Positions 1 through 11,600 of a DNA stretch of 25,478 nt are shown here, one piece after another; positions within the stretch are counted from its first letter, which is position 1; the number at the start of each line of letters is the position of its first letter. The notes below the pieces were generated by a model. The model did no database searches and had not been told where the DNA came from. It saw only the letters and a program-made list of their open reading frames with translations. The stretch is from IMG/VR virus record IMGVR_UViG_2737471843_000008, positions 1 through 25,478 of that record; one strand, written 5' to 3'. The stretch comes from a virus. Lineage: Duplodnaviria > Heunggongvirae > Uroviricota > Caudoviricetes. Made by a program: the position numbers and the translations under genes.

Positions 1-381
1 TCACATTATCTTTTGATGTGTCTGTCCGTAGTTACCCCTCCCGAAGAAACATACAGCGTAATACATGATCAGACGTCGCCAGCGTGGAACTCCCAGCACC
101 GTCATCGCATCCAGAAATATCCTGTCCGCTTCCGCCTTCGTGCGCAGGGCATTGTCATACAGCCAGTCATGAATAATCGCGGCTTTTGCATAACGACCAT
201 GCGGCGGGAACAGTGCCCACAAAAGCCGGGGCACACTGGCAAGGTCCGTCACATATCCCTCCGGAACATAAATCACATCATCCGGGTTATCCGTCAGCCA
301 GAATTCAAACGGCTCAACCAGCCGCCAGCGGTAATCATCCAGCATCTCCAGAATGGCCGGTGTGGTGAACTTACTCATCAT
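1..381 (-). CDS. DUF1353-like phage protein of unknown function, downstream of tfa
   Basis: Complete ORF with stop at 1-3. The track start at 411 is a GTG; the likely start is the ATG pair at 381/378 preceded by GGAGG, overlapping the tfa stop. Motifs 'DLASVPR' and 'HDWLY' resemble DUF1353 as I recall it. Confidence 0.55.
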   Translation of the reverse strand: MMSKFTTPAILEMLDDYRWRLVEPFEFWLTDNPDDVIYVPEGYVTDLASVPRLLWALFPPHGRYAKAAIIHDWLYDNALRTKAEADRIFLDAMTVLGVPRWRRLIMYYAVCFFGRGNYGQTHQKIM

Positions 382-982
382 CACCCTCCGGCCAGCCAAC
401 AGGATACGCACGTATATCCGGCAGTGCGGTCAGCCCTGCCACTTCTTCTTTCATCCGGCGCTGGCGTTCATGGATTTTAAACCCCTGCATCACCATCGCC
501 GCATTCATCGCAGTATCCAGTTGTATCAGCTCTTCCGGCGTCAGAGTGACATCCTGATTATCCGCATCCGTCCAGAAAAAATGCTCAGGCAACAGCCCGT
601 TTCCTGCCACCGCAACAACAGGTGTCAGTCTGGACTGTGACGCCTTTCCGGCATCCCAGCGATGACCACTGAATTCAAAAACAAAACTGCTGTTCTCCTG
701 GCTGTCACGCCAGCGACTGATTTCACCGTATTTCTGATTTCTGGCCTTTTCCAGTATCTCCTCTGTCACCACAAACGGCGTGACTTCACCCCAGGCCCCT
801 GATATCAACTCTGACCAGAGCCTTAACCCGAATTCTGTCGGGTCTGAAGCTCTGGCAGTATAAGGTACATATACCCGCTGACTGTCATCAGAACGGTCTG
901 CCATGAACACCTCACAGGTAATGCTGCCGTCTTCATTAAAACGGGCATTGCGCACGTCCGCTTCTGAATTCCTGGTATCCAT
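371..982 (-). CDS. tfa: tail fiber assembly protein (Tfa-like chaperone)
   Basis: 203-aa ORF immediately after the tail fiber gene, start overlapping its stop. Position and size fit lambdoid Tfa. Confidence 0.7.
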   Translation of the reverse strand: MDTRNSEADVRNARFNEDGSITCEVFMADRSDDSQRVYVPYTARASDPTEFGLRLWSELISGAWGEVTPFVVTEEILEKARNQKYGEISRWRDSQENSSFVFEFSGHRWDAGKASQSRLTPVVAVAGNGLLPEHFFWTDADNQDVTLTPEELIQLDTAMNAAMVMQGFKIHERQRRMKEEVAGLTALPDIRAYPVGWPEGDDE

Positions 983-2703
983 TATTTCACCCTCAGAAAA
1001 AGCATTTTCTCTTCAGCTTCTGCATTTCCGCAGGCCATCCATATTCCTGACTGTACCGGGTCAAGCCGCTCTCCGGCCAGTTCATCTCCGTAACTTACCG
1101 CATCCTGAGAAGCACAGAACAGGTAACTCCCCACACCACCGGCTACCGGACGACCGGCAAACTGCCACCATGAAGTGGTACCCAGCCCACTGTAAGCCCT
1201 GGTGAATGCCTGCCCCATACAGTTAAGGAAAATCTGACCTGAAACACTCTCATTCGTCGGAACCTGCCACATCAGACCATATGCATAATTCCCCGCGGCA
1301 CCCGGAACGGGGTGGTCTTCACAGGCAAGGTGGTGGTTATATTTCAGCAACGGAAACTGAAGGTCAGAATACATAAAACCATGAGCCAGAATACCCGTGA
1401 ATTTTTTCGCAGTCTTTATCCCGTCTTCCGGGTAAACTCCGCTGGGTCCCATGGGTCCCTGAGGCCCCTGTGGGCCGGTAGCTCCCCGGGCACCGGTATC
1501 ACCTTTATCGCCTTTCTCACCTTTTTCTCCCTGAGGCCCGGTATCGCCCCGGTCCCCTTTCTCTCCCTTTTCACCACTGGGGCCCTGTGGGCCGGTCTCC
1601 CCCTGCGGTCCTGGCTCTCCCTGTGGTCCTGGCGTTTTTGCAATCTCCCTGGCCTCCTCCAGTGCCTTCAGTGCCCCCTGCTCATGTTCACCTGCTGTCG
1701 TGGCACTGTCTTCCGCCTGGCTGACCAGTTGCTGCACCTGCCCGGCCTGTAGCTCCACAGACTGGCTTACAGCCACAACACTGTCTGCCACATGCTGAAC
1801 ATTCAGAGCCACGGACTCCGTCTGCGCTTTTATCTGTGCACTCTCTTCTGCACGACTGGCGGCCTCTGTGGCAAAACCCTCTGCCTCATTACGTGCCGTT
1901 ACCGTCTTCTGTAAATCACTGCTTACCTGCCGTGCACTCTGTGCAGCTTCGCTGGCATGCGTCCCCGACTCCACGGCACTGGCTGAAGACTCACTGGCTG
2001 CCTGTTGTGCCTGCTCCAGCAGCCGCTCAGTATCCTGTTTATCCTGCTGAACCTGTCCGGCATTTTCTGCCATTTCTGCAGCCAGTATATTCACCTGCTG
2101 ACGCTGTTCTGCCACAACCTCTGCATTTTTCTGCACCGCATCAGCAAGGGTCTGCGTATTATCTCTTGCCTGTGCAGCCTCCACAGCATATTGTCCGGCC
2201 TCCTGCGCACTTCCGGCTGCAGACTCTGCATTTTTCTGAGACTGCACCTCATAATTCTGCGATTTCCTTTCACTTTCCCGGGCAGCGGACGCCGATTCTG
2301 CCGCTGCCGCGGCGTCTGCGCCTGTTGCCTCCTTATCACGGGTAACCTGCTCAGACAGCGTAATAACGGTATTCACCATTATCTCAAAGCGTTTCATCAC
2401 CTCAGGACGCAAATCGCCATCTTTGGGAGCATCCAGAAATGCATTCAGCGTATCCGGCTTATCCGTCGGTGTGACATAAATCTCACCGGCTTTTACCGGA
2501 GCCCACCCTTCACGGAGAAGAAAAACATCATAAAATCCTGGCTCGGCTTCGATTAAATACCGCCCGTTACTGTCCGTAATACATTCCGCCACAATGTGCA
2601 CAATCACCGTCGGACTCGTTTTTCTGGACCGCAATTCAATTGAACACGCCTGCACCGGTTTACCCGCACCGTCTTTCAGTACACCAGATATCTGTACGGC
2701 CAT
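982..2703 (-). CDS. stf: side tail fiber protein with central collagen-like Gly-X-Y repeat region
   Basis: N-terminus '[27 protein letters not shown]' closely matches lambda Stf as I remember it. Start is the second ATG (2703), which has a GGAG Shine-Dalgarno. About 22 uninterrupted G-X-Y triplets ('[64 protein letters not shown]'). Confidence 0.85.
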   Translation of the reverse strand: MAVQISGVLKDGAGKPVQACSIELRSRKTSPTVIVHIVAECITDSNGRYLIEAEPGFYDVFLLREGWAPVKAGEIYVTPTDKPDTLNAFLDAPKDGDLRPEVMKRFEIMVNTVITLSEQVTRDKEATGADAAAAAESASAARESERKSQNYEVQSQKNAESAAGSAQEAGQYAVEAAQARDNTQTLADAVQKNAEVVAEQRQQVNILAAEMAENAGQVQQDKQDTERLLEQAQQAASESSASAVESGTHASEAAQSARQVSSDLQKTVTARNEAEGFATEAASRAEESAQIKAQTESVALNVQHVADSVVAVSQSVELQAGQVQQLVSQAEDSATTAGEHEQGALKALEEAREIAKTPGPQGEPGPQGETGPQGPSGEKGEKGDRGDTGPQGEKGEKGDKGDTGARGATGPQGPQGPMGPSGVYPEDGIKTAKKFTGILAHGFMYSDLQFPLLKYNHHLACEDHPVPGAAGNYAYGLMWQVPTNESVSGQIFLNCMGQAFTRAYSGLGTTSWWQFAGRPVAGGVGSYLFCASQDAVSYGDELAGERLDPVQSGIWMACGNAEAEEKMLFLRVK

Positions 2704-2754
2704 ATGTACTCCATAAGTCAATGTCAGCCCCGGAAGAGAGGATTCAGGAATAAC

Positions 2755-2781
2755 AATAAAAAAGGCGCCATTTCTGGCGCC
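2755..2781 (-). terminator. intrinsic terminator between J and stf
   Basis: Minus strand reads 'ggcgcca gaaa tggcgcc' followed by a T-run. Confidence 0.5.
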
Positions 2782-2800
2782 AGTATATGGATTATAAAAT

Positions 2801-5800
2801 TCAGCTAATCGTGATACCGGCTGTGGATTTTTTCATCACCACAACCAGCAAATCGCTGATACTTGCGGTGGGATACCAGTTATTCACCAGCCATGCTGAT
2901 ACCGAAAACTCCAGTGTCATTACACCTCTGCCTGCTGGCATATCAATAACACCACTGTAAATCAGCGTATTATCCAGCGCGGTACGGTTATAAATTTCAG
3001 CACCGTTTTTCCGCACTATCAGACGGCATGAGGAGTAAATATCAGTATGCTCTCTCTCATGCTTAGCGCCACTGAATGCCACCGCCGGAATAACAATTTG
3101 CCGGTCAAACGGCTGATCGTCATAAACCCTGACGGTAATGGTCCCTGATGGCCACCGCTCCGGTGCCCGGGAGTCCCGGGGAAAAGCCTTACCCACTGTT
3201 TTAACAATATCGCCTTCAATCTGGTTGGCTGACAGTTTTCCCAGAATCCGGCAGTTCTCATTTATCGTGACGTTGTTGAGTGTCCCGGAGTTCGCGTTCA
3301 CGTTACCGCTGATATCCGCATTTTTCGCCGTCAGCCGCCCGTCCGGAGTCAGGGAAAACGCCGGAGGATTACCGCCACTGGTAATGGTGGGAGCCGTCAG
3401 ATATTTCAGGAACACTTCATTCATGAATATCTGATCACCCTGACCAACAAACATCGGCTTTGTGTTGCCATTCGCAGGATTAATCATCGCAATCCTGTCT
3501 GCCGCCAGCAGCACCTGACTCTGCATTCCTGCTGGCGTATTCTCAATACCGGCACCGATACCCGCAATATAAAGGCGTCCGTCCTTCATCTGTTGCAGCT
3601 TCACAGCCCACATGCTGTTCAGATTATTATTTGTATCAACCTGAACCTTCTGTATCTGCTGGATCGCTGCACTCTGGTCTTCCAGTTTCTTATTGACGGT
3701 CTGTGTGATTTCATTGCTGACATCCGTAATGGACGTCCTGATTTCAGCCAGGTCAGGCGCAAGCTGACCGTTATCAATCTGCGTCCACAGCTCCTGAGCC
3801 AGATGGGTTTTCCCTATCTCGCCTTTGAAAAAATCCAGATAGCCTGATGCATCATCACTCGGCTGACCGACAGCCTCCACGAATGCCGATTTGCCAACGG
3901 TGTTCACACTGCGAACGTAAAAATAATAATCATGGCCCGGTTTGATATTGATACTGGCGGCTATCCAGTACAGTGCCGTACCAAGATAACGCGCGCTGGT
4001 TTCAACCTGCCTGATATCCGCAATCCGTTTTTCCGAGAACCAGAACTCAAACTGTACCGTCGGGTCATAAACCGCAAGATGCGGCGTGGCGGTTATCTGA
4101 AAATAGCCCGGTGTCAGCTCAATCCGAGACGGCGCTGCCGGTGCGGCAATCCGGAACGATACCGATGCCGGATCGCCCTGCTGTCCCCACGCATTTACCG
4201 CCCGGACTGTCAGCCTGTAGTTCCCCAACGCCAGTTGTGTGAAGCGGTATGTGGTTTCCGTCGTCCGGGCCGTGCTGACCAGCCGCTCACTGCCGTCGTC
4301 CGCTGTTACGGTCAGACGGAGCAGGAAGCTCACGCCCTTCACCACCTTCGGTGTGTCCCAGCGCGCCAGCACCTGATATTCCCCGCTGTCTGCGGTGACT
4401 TCGGCAGTCAGGTGCTGCACCGCTGGCGGCGTGACACCATTCACCGTGCCGCTCTGGTCGCCGTCAAAGTGCGCCCCGTTATCCACGATGGCCTCTTTTT
4501 CCGGCACATGCTGCACGGCGGTGATGGCATACGTGCCGTCGTCGTTCTCACGGATACTCACGCAGCGGAACAGTCGCTGGCGCAGCGTCGGCTGCTTCAG
4601 CCCCCACACGCTGTATCCGGCAACGCCGTCAGGAACACGGCTCACTTTTACCTTCACGCCGTCGGTGACGGACTGGACCTCCACGCTGACCGGATTGCCA
4701 CTTCCGTCAACCAGGCTTATCAGCGTGGTACCGGAGGATGGCAGCGTGATTTCACGGTCGAGCGTCAGCGTCCGGGTCTGGCTGTTCACCGCCAGCACGC
4801 GCCCGCCGATGCTGATACCCGCATAGTCATCATCGCAGATTTCAATGACATCCCCCGGTACATGGCGAAGCCCTTCCGCACCCACGCTGAAGTCCACGGT
4901 CTGCGTTTCCAGCAGTTCCGTTTTAATCAGCCACAGCCCGGCGCGGTGCGCCTGCCCCCGGCTGGTACAGCCAAAGGCATCCATCTTCGTGACGTTACGA
5001 CCGTAACGGGCAATGGCCTGCGTATCTTCAACAAGCTCTGTCGCCGTCTCCCAGCCGTTGTTCGGGTCAATCCAGTTCACCTCAACGGCATTATGGCGGT
5101 CCTTCAGGGCGCTGAAGCTGTAGCGGAACGGCGCGCCATCATCCGGCATCACCACATTACTGCGGTTATAGGTCCACACCTTATCCGACGGTCGGTCCTG
5201 CACGAACGTCAGCGTCTGCCCGTTCCATACCGGCATACAGCGCATCGCCGAGCAGAAATCACTGAGCACATCCCACGCCTTGCGCTGTGTGGTCAGGTAC
5301 GCATTACAGGTGATGCGCGGCTCCGTGCCGCCAAAGCCGTCCGGCACTGACTGGTCGCAGTACTGGCCGATGACATACAGCGCCCATTTGTCCACATCCG
5401 CCGCACCAAGACGTTTCCCCATGCCGTAGCGCGGGTGGGTCAGCATATCCCACAGACACCAGGCCGGGTTGTTGCTGTATGCCGGTTTTAACGTTCCGTC
5501 CCAGATACCGCTGTATTGCCGCGTCTGCGGGTTATAGTTCGACGGAACCTGCAGAATACGACCACGAAAATGGTAAGTGCGGTTCACCTGCTGGCTGCCG
5601 AACTGCTCAGAATCCACCTGCACACCGACCAGTGCCGTGTTCGGGTAGCACTGTTTCACATCGATGATTTCGGTGTATGACGACCAGACCGTTTTGTTCT
5701 GCAGTTGGTCCGTGGTGCTGTCCGGCGTCATCCTGCGCATCCGGATATTAAACGGGCGCGGCGGCAGGTTATCCACCACCACCGATGCCAGATACTGCGA

Positions 5801-6280
5801 GGTGGTTTTGCCCTTAATGGTGATGTCTTTTTCCGTCACCCAGCCACCATTACGCTGTATCTGAACCAGCAGGCGGACTTCCGACGGCTCCCTGTCCCCC
5901 TTTGAGGTGGTTTTCACCAGTGCCTGCACCCCGAAGGTCAGGCGCAGACGGTCGATGTTTGCCGACGTGATGGTCCGGGTTATCGGCGTGTCGTATTTCA
6001 CTTCCGCACCCAGTACCGTCTCGGAGCCGGAGGATTCAAACCCCTCCGGCGGTGTCTGCTCCTGTTCACCGGAACGGAACACCACCGTGACACCGGAAAA
6101 GTTGGTATTCCCCCCTCTGTCCAGTACCGGCGTACCATTCAGGCGGACACTTTTCAGCCCGTCAACCGGACCATAAACCGGTCCTTCACTGATGGCGTCA
6201 ATCACACTCAGCAACTGGGATGATTTCAGGTTATCTCTGGCTTCACGGGGCGTATGCGCCTTACCGCCACCTTTACCCAT
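2801..6280 (-). CDS. J: host specificity / central tail fiber protein J
   Basis: N-terminus '[34 protein letters not shown]' and most of the length closely match lambda J as recalled. Start is ATG at 6280 with GGAGAG upstream (track start 6283 is GTG). The last ~150 aa diverge from lambda. Confidence 0.93.
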   Translation of the reverse strand: MGKGGGKAHTPREARDNLKSSQLLSVIDAISEGPVYGPVDGLKSVRLNGTPVLDRGGNTNFSGVTVVFRSGEQEQTPPEGFESSGSETVLGAEVKYDTPITRTITSANIDRLRLTFGVQALVKTTSKGDREPSEVRLLVQIQRNGGWVTEKDITIKGKTTSQYLASVVVDNLPPRPFNIRMRRMTPDSTTDQLQNKTVWSSYTEIIDVKQCYPNTALVGVQVDSEQFGSQQVNRTYHFRGRILQVPSNYNPQTRQYSGIWDGTLKPAYSNNPAWCLWDMLTHPRYGMGKRLGAADVDKWALYVIGQYCDQSVPDGFGGTEPRITCNAYLTTQRKAWDVLSDFCSAMRCMPVWNGQTLTFVQDRPSDKVWTYNRSNVVMPDDGAPFRYSFSALKDRHNAVEVNWIDPNNGWETATELVEDTQAIARYGRNVTKMDAFGCTSRGQAHRAGLWLIKTELLETQTVDFSVGAEGLRHVPGDVIEICDDDYAGISIGGRVLAVNSQTRTLTLDREITLPSSGTTLISLVDGSGNPVSVEVQSVTDGVKVKVSRVPDGVAGYSVWGLKQPTLRQRLFRCVSIRENDDGTYAITAVQHVPEKEAIVDNGAHFDGDQSGTVNGVTPPAVQHLTAEVTADSGEYQVLARWDTPKVVKGVSFLLRLTVTADDGSERLVSTARTTETTYRFTQLALGNYRLTVRAVNAWGQQGDPASVSFRIAAPAAPSRIELTPGYFQITATPHLAVYDPTVQFEFWFSEKRIADIRQVETSARYLGTALYWIAASINIKPGHDYYFYVRSVNTVGKSAFVEAVGQPSDDASGYLDFFKGEIGKTHLAQELWTQIDNGQLAPDLAEIRTSITDVSNEITQTVNKKLEDQSAAIQQIQKVQVDTNNNLNSMWAVKLQQMKDGRLYIAGIGAGIENTPAGMQSQVLLAADRIAMINPANGNTKPMFVGQGDQIFMNEVFLKYLTAPTITSGGNPPAFSLTPDGRLTAKNADISGNVNANSGTLNNVTINENCRILGKLSANQIEGDIVKTVGKAFPRDSRAPERWPSGTITVRVYDDQPFDRQIVIPAVAFSGAKHEREHTDIYSSCRLIVRKNGAEIYNRTALDNTLIYSGVIDMPAGRGVMTLEFSVSAWLVNNWYPTASISDLLVVVMKKSTAGITIS

Positions 6281-6293
6281 CACTTACTCTCCA

Positions 6294-6317
6294 TAAAAAA
6301 AACCGCCCGGAGGCGGT
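6294..6317 (-). terminator. intrinsic terminator-like hairpin between I and J
   Basis: Minus strand 'ccgcc tccg ggcgg' followed by eight T. Confidence 0.45.
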
Positions 6318-6337
6318 TTCACATAAAACATTTTGCA

Positions 6338-7009
6338 TCAGCGACCAATCACCACAACCTGACCACCATCCCCTTCGTCTGCCGTGCTGATCTCCTGAGA
6401 AACCACGCGTGACCCCACGCGCATTTCACCGTACAGAACCGGCAGAACATTGCCCTGGGCAACCATGTTATCCAGTGAGGAAAAATAGGTATTCTGCTTA
6501 CCGTTATCCGTTGTCTGCATGCGGGGCGTTTTCGGTTTCGGGGCCAGCATCTGCGCCACACCACCAAGTACCATACTGGCACCGAGAGAAAACAGGATAC
6601 CGGTCATACCACCGGCCCCAATGGCTGCCCCCCATGCTGCAAGGGTGGCTCCGGCAGTAAAGAATGATCCGGCAATGGCGACAGCCCCCAGAACAATCTG
6701 GAAAACACCGCCGTTTTTAGCACCGGCTGTCCGAGGAACCAGGTGTATCACTGCGCCGTCAGGAAGCGGCTCATGCAGACGGGCAGACAGCTCTCTCTCT
6801 CCTGTATCTTTCCCTGCTATCCGCACCTGATACCAGCCGCCGCTCAGTTTCTGGCGAAACGCAGGGAGCTGTGTGGCCAGCGCCCGGATGGCTTCTGCCC
6901 CGGTTTTCACACGCAGGTCGATGCGGCGGCCAAATCGTTGTAAATCCCCGTAAAGGCAGATGCGTGCCATGCCCGGTGACGCCAGACGGAGTGTGTGCGT
7001 CGCTGCCAT
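6338..7009 (-). CDS. I: tail assembly protein I
   Basis: 'MAATHTLRLASPGMARICLYGDLQRFGRRIDLRVKTGAEAIRALATQLPAFRQKLS' is near-identical to lambda I as recalled; Gly/Ala-rich C-terminal half. Confidence 0.9.
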   Translation of the reverse strand: MAATHTLRLASPGMARICLYGDLQRFGRRIDLRVKTGAEAIRALATQLPAFRQKLSGGWYQVRIAGKDTGERELSARLHEPLPDGAVIHLVPRTAGAKNGGVFQIVLGAVAIAGSFFTAGATLAAWGAAIGAGGMTGILFSLGASMVLGGVAQMLAPKPKTPRMQTTDNGKQNTYFSSLDNMVAQGNVLPVLYGEMRVGSRVVSQEISTADEGDGGQVVVIGR

Positions 7010-7650
7010 TTGTCGGTGTACCTCTCTCGTTTGCTCAGTTGTTCAGGAATATGGTGCAGCAGCTCGCCGTCACCACAGTAAATGGCGGCATGATTGGCAA
7101 CAGGCGAGCCAAAACAACACAGCAGCACGTCGCCTGCCTGTGCCTCATGCGGTGAGACCCGGTAAAAACTCTGTGTTTCAAGGTTATCCAGATAGAGATT
7201 CTGACCTGATTTCCACCAGTCATCATGTCGGTAAAAATCCGGCAAATCGATACCTGCAAGATGATAGGCATCGCGGAACAGCGTGTAACAGTCCGTCACC
7301 CCGTGCTCAAAGCGCCGCCCGGTGAGATGCGGCACACAGCGGAACTTATGAATCACTCCCCGGCAGACCAGCCACCACGGCAAATCACTCTGCACCTGCA
7401 GCCGCCGGTCGGCCTCACTCAGCCAGGGCAGACCACCGGGGTGGCTGTGGACCAGCGCCACAATCTCACCCTGCATCTCTGCCTGCAGCCAGTCCTCCGG
7501 CGATATCCGGAAATAATCCCCCGGCTCGCCGGAGATATTCACACAGGGAAGATATCTGTCCCCCTCCGGTGCTCTCACCACGAAGCCGCACGACTCCGCT
7601 GGCGCACATCGCCGGGCGTGCGCCAGAATCGCTGATTCTGTTTCTGTCAT
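6907..7650 (-). CDS. K: tail assembly protein K (JAB/MPN-like plus NlpC/P60-like regions)
   Basis: Likely start at 'MTETESAILAHARRCAPAESCGF' (ATG 7650), matching lambda K as recalled. 'HSHPGG' JAMM-like motif. The 3' end overlaps I in another frame. Confidence 0.88.
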   Translation of the reverse strand: MTETESAILAHARRCAPAESCGFVVRAPEGDRYLPCVNISGEPGDYFRISPEDWLQAEMQGEIVALVHSHPGGLPWLSEADRRLQVQSDLPWWLVCRGVIHKFRCVPHLTGRRFEHGVTDCYTLFRDAYHLAGIDLPDFYRHDDWWKSGQNLYLDNLETQSFYRVSPHEAQAGDVLLCCFGSPVANHAAIYCGDGELLHHIPEQLSKRERYTDKWQRRTHSVWRHRAWHASAFTGIYNDLAAASTCV

Positions 7651-7654
7651 GGAT

Positions 7655-8353
7655 TTACTGCGAAAGTTTGTTAATGGAAAGGTAACCGCCAAAGTTACCA
7701 ACGTTATTGCGAAATTTACAGCCGCTCAGGCATTTGCTGCATTTATCCTTCGTGATATCGGACGTCGGCTGGTCATATTCATCCGCGACTGCCGGTCCGC
7801 TATAACCACACTCATCACCGCGATAAGTCCAGGTGCAGGTGTTGGCCAGCATGATGCGCCCCGGAAAAACGGCGCCATCCGTTTCCGTCGGCGTGGACAG
7901 TACAAAAGAGGCACTCACCGCGCTCAGTTCGCTACACTGCTCAATGCGCCAGCGGCTGATCACCTCCTGCTCCGGATCGGCGTCACTGTTTCCGTTGACG
8001 AAGTTCACCGCATCCAGAAAACGGGCGTAAACCTTACGCCGGACCACCGTTCCGCCGACCAGACTCTGCAGATCTTCCGCCATCCCGGTGACCATGCCGT
8101 ACAGGTTAGAAACCGTCAGAGACGGTCTGGCACTGGCACCTTTCCCGTTCAGCTCAAACCCCGCCCCTTTGACAGGATACGCCTGATACTGTCGCCCCTG
8201 CCAGGTGACCGGCTCACCTTTTTCGTTCTTCTCATTACAGAAATAATAACGTTCTCCACCGACCTCTGTCAGATCGATTTCCCAGAGCACCACGCTGGCC
8301 GACTGCTCCGCACGGGTGCATTCATTCAGTGTTTCCTGTTGGATATTCTGCAT
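7655..8353 (-). CDS. L: minor tail protein L
   Basis: 232 aa, beginning 'MQNIQQETLNECTRAEQSASVVLWEIDLTEVGGERYYFCNE', lambda L-like; Cys-rich C-terminus. Confidence 0.9.
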   Translation of the reverse strand: MQNIQQETLNECTRAEQSASVVLWEIDLTEVGGERYYFCNEKNEKGEPVTWQGRQYQAYPVKGAGFELNGKGASARPSLTVSNLYGMVTGMAEDLQSLVGGTVVRRKVYARFLDAVNFVNGNSDADPEQEVISRWRIEQCSELSAVSASFVLSTPTETDGAVFPGRIMLANTCTWTYRGDECGYSGPAVADEYDQPTSDITKDKCSKCLSGCKFRNNVGNFGGYLSINKLSQ

Positions 8354-8694
8354 CAGTTCACCACCTGCTCCAGAGAGCAGTTAAAATCGCTGTATACAGC
8401 ATGATCCGTAATACTCCATTCACGGCACACGACCCGCAGGGTCCGGTTATGCTTTGGCGGTCGCCACAAAAACGCCCGGTATCCTCCGTGCCACGACAGA
8501 AAATCAGACAACCACCGACGTGTGTCATCATCAGTGACGCGAAACACCGCCTGAAACGTTTTCAGTTGCGCATTCAGTCCTGCCGGTCGACGCTGCTCAT
8601 AACCATCACCAAATTTCACTGTAAGAACGGAAGGCTTTTCTGTTACCTGCATTCCCTCACGTGGCGCCAGGTGAAGCGTTTTTATTTCAGTCAC
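8353..8694 (-). CDS. M: minor tail protein M
   Basis: 113 aa with 'KFGDGYEQRRPAGLNAQLKT' and C-terminal 'EQVVN', resembling lambda M; lies between H and L. Confidence 0.8.
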   Translation of the reverse strand: MTEIKTLHLAPREGMQVTEKPSVLTVKFGDGYEQRRPAGLNAQLKTFQAVFRVTDDDTRRWLSDFLSWHGGYRAFLWRPPKHNRTLRVVCREWSITDHAVYSDFNCSLEQVVN

Positions 8695-11600
8695 TCAGCA
8701 TCCCCCCGTCACGTCGCATGGACAGCATTACTGCACGCACACGCTGGTCAATCAGACCAACCAGACCACTCGCTGCCTCCGGACCAATCTGCCCACTGCT
8801 GCCATCGTTCTGTATGGCGATATTGTACACCGGAGAATAGACAAATCCTCCCGTACTGCCGGCATTACCTGCAACACGTACTCCCAGAGAGCCGTCAGCC
8901 GTCCGTGCCAGCGGCATGATGGCCTCCGGCCCGGCCTCGCCCATCAGGCCGATCCCTTTCGCAAAAGCGAAATACGTTGGTGTATCGACAATGCTGTTAC
9001 TGTAAGCGCTCAGACCTGCGGATGCGTAAACGCCACCTCTGGCATTCTTCAGTGCGCCGGACAACCAGTTACCAATACCACCGGCCAGTCCGCCCATACC
9101 AGACATTGACCCGGCCAGTGATTTCAGACCGTTCACAATGGCGACACTCATCAGAATTCCGGAGATCTCCTTCAGGACAGCCGCCGCCCAGTCACGCCAT
9201 GCCACAAGGTTACCTGACAGGGCTTCGGTTATATTATTCACCAGACCGTCCATTGCAGTCCCTGCAGCAGACGCCATCTGACCGGCATAATCCGACGCGT
9301 TGTCAGCCCAGTTCGCCAGACCTTCACGCATTCCCGCCATCCAGTCACTGCGCTGTTGATCCAGCGCTGCATAAAATTCAGCGTTGTCCTTCAGACGCTC
9401 GCTCAGGTACTGCGCGTTCAGCGCCTTCTCCTGACGGAACAGTTCCTCCGTAATATCCCCGGACTGATACTGTCTTTGTAAATCCTGATTTTTTTGCAAA
9501 AACGCTTCACGAATACGTAACGCCTCCTGCATGCGCTCCCGCATCCGCGTACCCTGACCGTAACCCGTGAGTTCTTCCCGATACGATGACCGACGGCTGG
9601 CGTTCTCATCGGCCAGATTAGCTTCATATGCGGCAAGCTGTTGCCGGATATTTTTCTGGTCAATCAGCGCCGCATTCTGTAGCAAAAGTTGCTTCTGTGC
9701 AGACGAAAGGGTGGTCAGCTCACCCTGGCTGACCTGGTATTTCATTTTCGCCAGTTCGGTATTCTGTCCTGCCAGTGCAAGCTGTTCTTTCTGCTGTTTA
9801 ATCAGCCTGTTGTAAACATCTTCTGCTTTTTCAGCTTCCGATTTTGGCCCTTTTCTCTTCGGCTTATTCGCCTCATTATTGCGCCAGGTCTCCATCCCTG
9901 TACTGATGAATTCCTGGCGTGCAGTCTGATATTTGTCGCCGACAAAGCCAAGATCATCAGCAGCATATCCGAGACGCACGCGTTCTCTGGCCTCGCCTTT
10001 GAGACGGGACAACTCCAGCGCCTGCTGGCTTTTTTTCAGTGCGTCCTGCTGTTTATCATCCAGGGTTGCCTGTGGCAGACGTAACGGTACATTCACCAGC
10101 CCCTGTCGCTGCTGAAGTAATTCATTACCGAGCCCGAGAAGGCGATTAAACTCGGTATGCTGCCCATTCATGATCAACAGGGACTGATACGCTTTGTTTT
10201 GTTCCGCGGCCTGTTGACGGATCAACGCCACCCGTCGCTCCTCCAGCCCGGCAAGCACATCCTGAATGGATTGCGCTTTGCCCTGCATTTGTGTGAGACG
10301 GGACTGTTCAACTGCCAGTTGATTTGTTGCTTCTGCAAGCCCTTCTGTGACAGTTTTTACCGACGTCATGTGGTTAATCATAAAACCGTTATCGGTTGTC
10401 CAGCCCGGGTTTGCCAGCACATACTGATAGCCAGCAATTTTTTCCTGTAAGGATTTAATCTTACTTTTCTGCTCGTCAATTAACCTGTTTTGCTCATCAA
10501 GTGCCTGCCGCGTCTTTTCCTCATTATCTGACGCTTCAGGAAGCGACATTGCCGACGTTTTCTGGCGAATTTCGTCGATTGTTGCGGCATACTGGCGTGC
10601 AGATTCTCTGGCCTGCTCCTGATTCTGATACATCGTGTACCAGGCCGTCGCCCCCAGCATGACGAGTCCCGGCACACCACCAACCAACCCCAGCGCACCA
10701 CTTAACAGACGACTCCCCACTGACGTGACAGTATTCAGCGTTGTCTGTGCCGCTGTTCTGGCCGCAATATTACGGGTAAGTGACGCCTGGGCAGCTGTCA
10801 GCTTCGCTTCTGCTGCGGCCTGCCTTTCGGTACCGCGAGCAGCAACAACCGCCTGTTGCGCACGATAAACCGCCGCACGCGCCCTGGCGGTTGCTATCTG
10901 TGTCCCCCGAAGTTGCGCTTCAGCAAGAGCCACTTCGTTTCTGGCTGCAGTAATTAATCCGGCAGTTGCAGATCCAGCAGACGACGCCATATTGCCAAAA
11001 TATCGGGCTACCCCGACGGCAACCAGAGCACCGGCAGCGGTTGCCACGGTGTCAATATTGCCTGCAATACCATTCAGCACACCGGAGAGCGTCTTCGTCA
11101 CTCCGCTTGCCTCGTTCGCACCACCAACCCAGGCCATAAAGGCGTTTTCAACTTTGGTTGCAGAGGATGAAACCGTATCAGGCATTGCCGCATATTCATC
11201 ACGTAATGCCCCAAGCTGACTAATCAGTGCAGGAACAACCTTATCGGCGGTCAACTTTCCGTTATCCGCCATGGCCTTCAGATCCTTACGGGCAACTCCC
11301 ATTCCCGCAGCCAGAGCACGAATAACACGATCGCCGTTCTCATTCACCGAGTTAAACTCTTCACCGCGCAGCACTCCCTGCGCCAGAGCCTGACTGAACT
11401 GCGTGATCACCGAACTGGCTTCTGCTGTACTGGCACCGGATAATTTCAGCCCCGTGGAAATCGCCTCAGTGACTTTCAGGACCTCCTCAGAACTGTAGCC
11501 ATACTCCCGCATGGAAGCTGCAGAGCGGGCAAAAAGGCTGGCGTTATCAGAAAACGCCGTCCCCGTTCTCTGGCTGATTGCCATTAATTCACGCTGTGAT

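Noticed and set aside
1416-1643. Gly-X-Y collagen repeat tract considered as a possible CRISPR or tandem-repeat array
   Set aside because: It is an in-frame coding repeat inside stf with no spacer/direct-repeat architecture.
1312-2556. Plus-strand ORFs (1312..1752, 1836..2345, 2005..2556) opposite the tail fiber gene
   Set aside because: Created by the repetitive collagen-like and Ala-rich coding sequence on the other strand; low-complexity translations.
3932-5350. 472-aa plus-strand ORF (and 4395..4826) inside the J gene
   Set aside because: Entirely antisense to the well-supported J coding sequence. The translation is Arg/Pro/His-rich and low-complexity, typical of a spurious ORF opposite a GC-rich gene.
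7649-8404. 251-aa plus-strand ORF overlapping L and K
   Set aside because: Antisense to lambda-like L, with no ribosome-binding site and a composition typical of antisense artefacts.
8977-10450. Several plus-strand ORFs within the tape measure gene
   Set aside because: Antisense to H; a long gene with biased composition readily yields open antisense frames.
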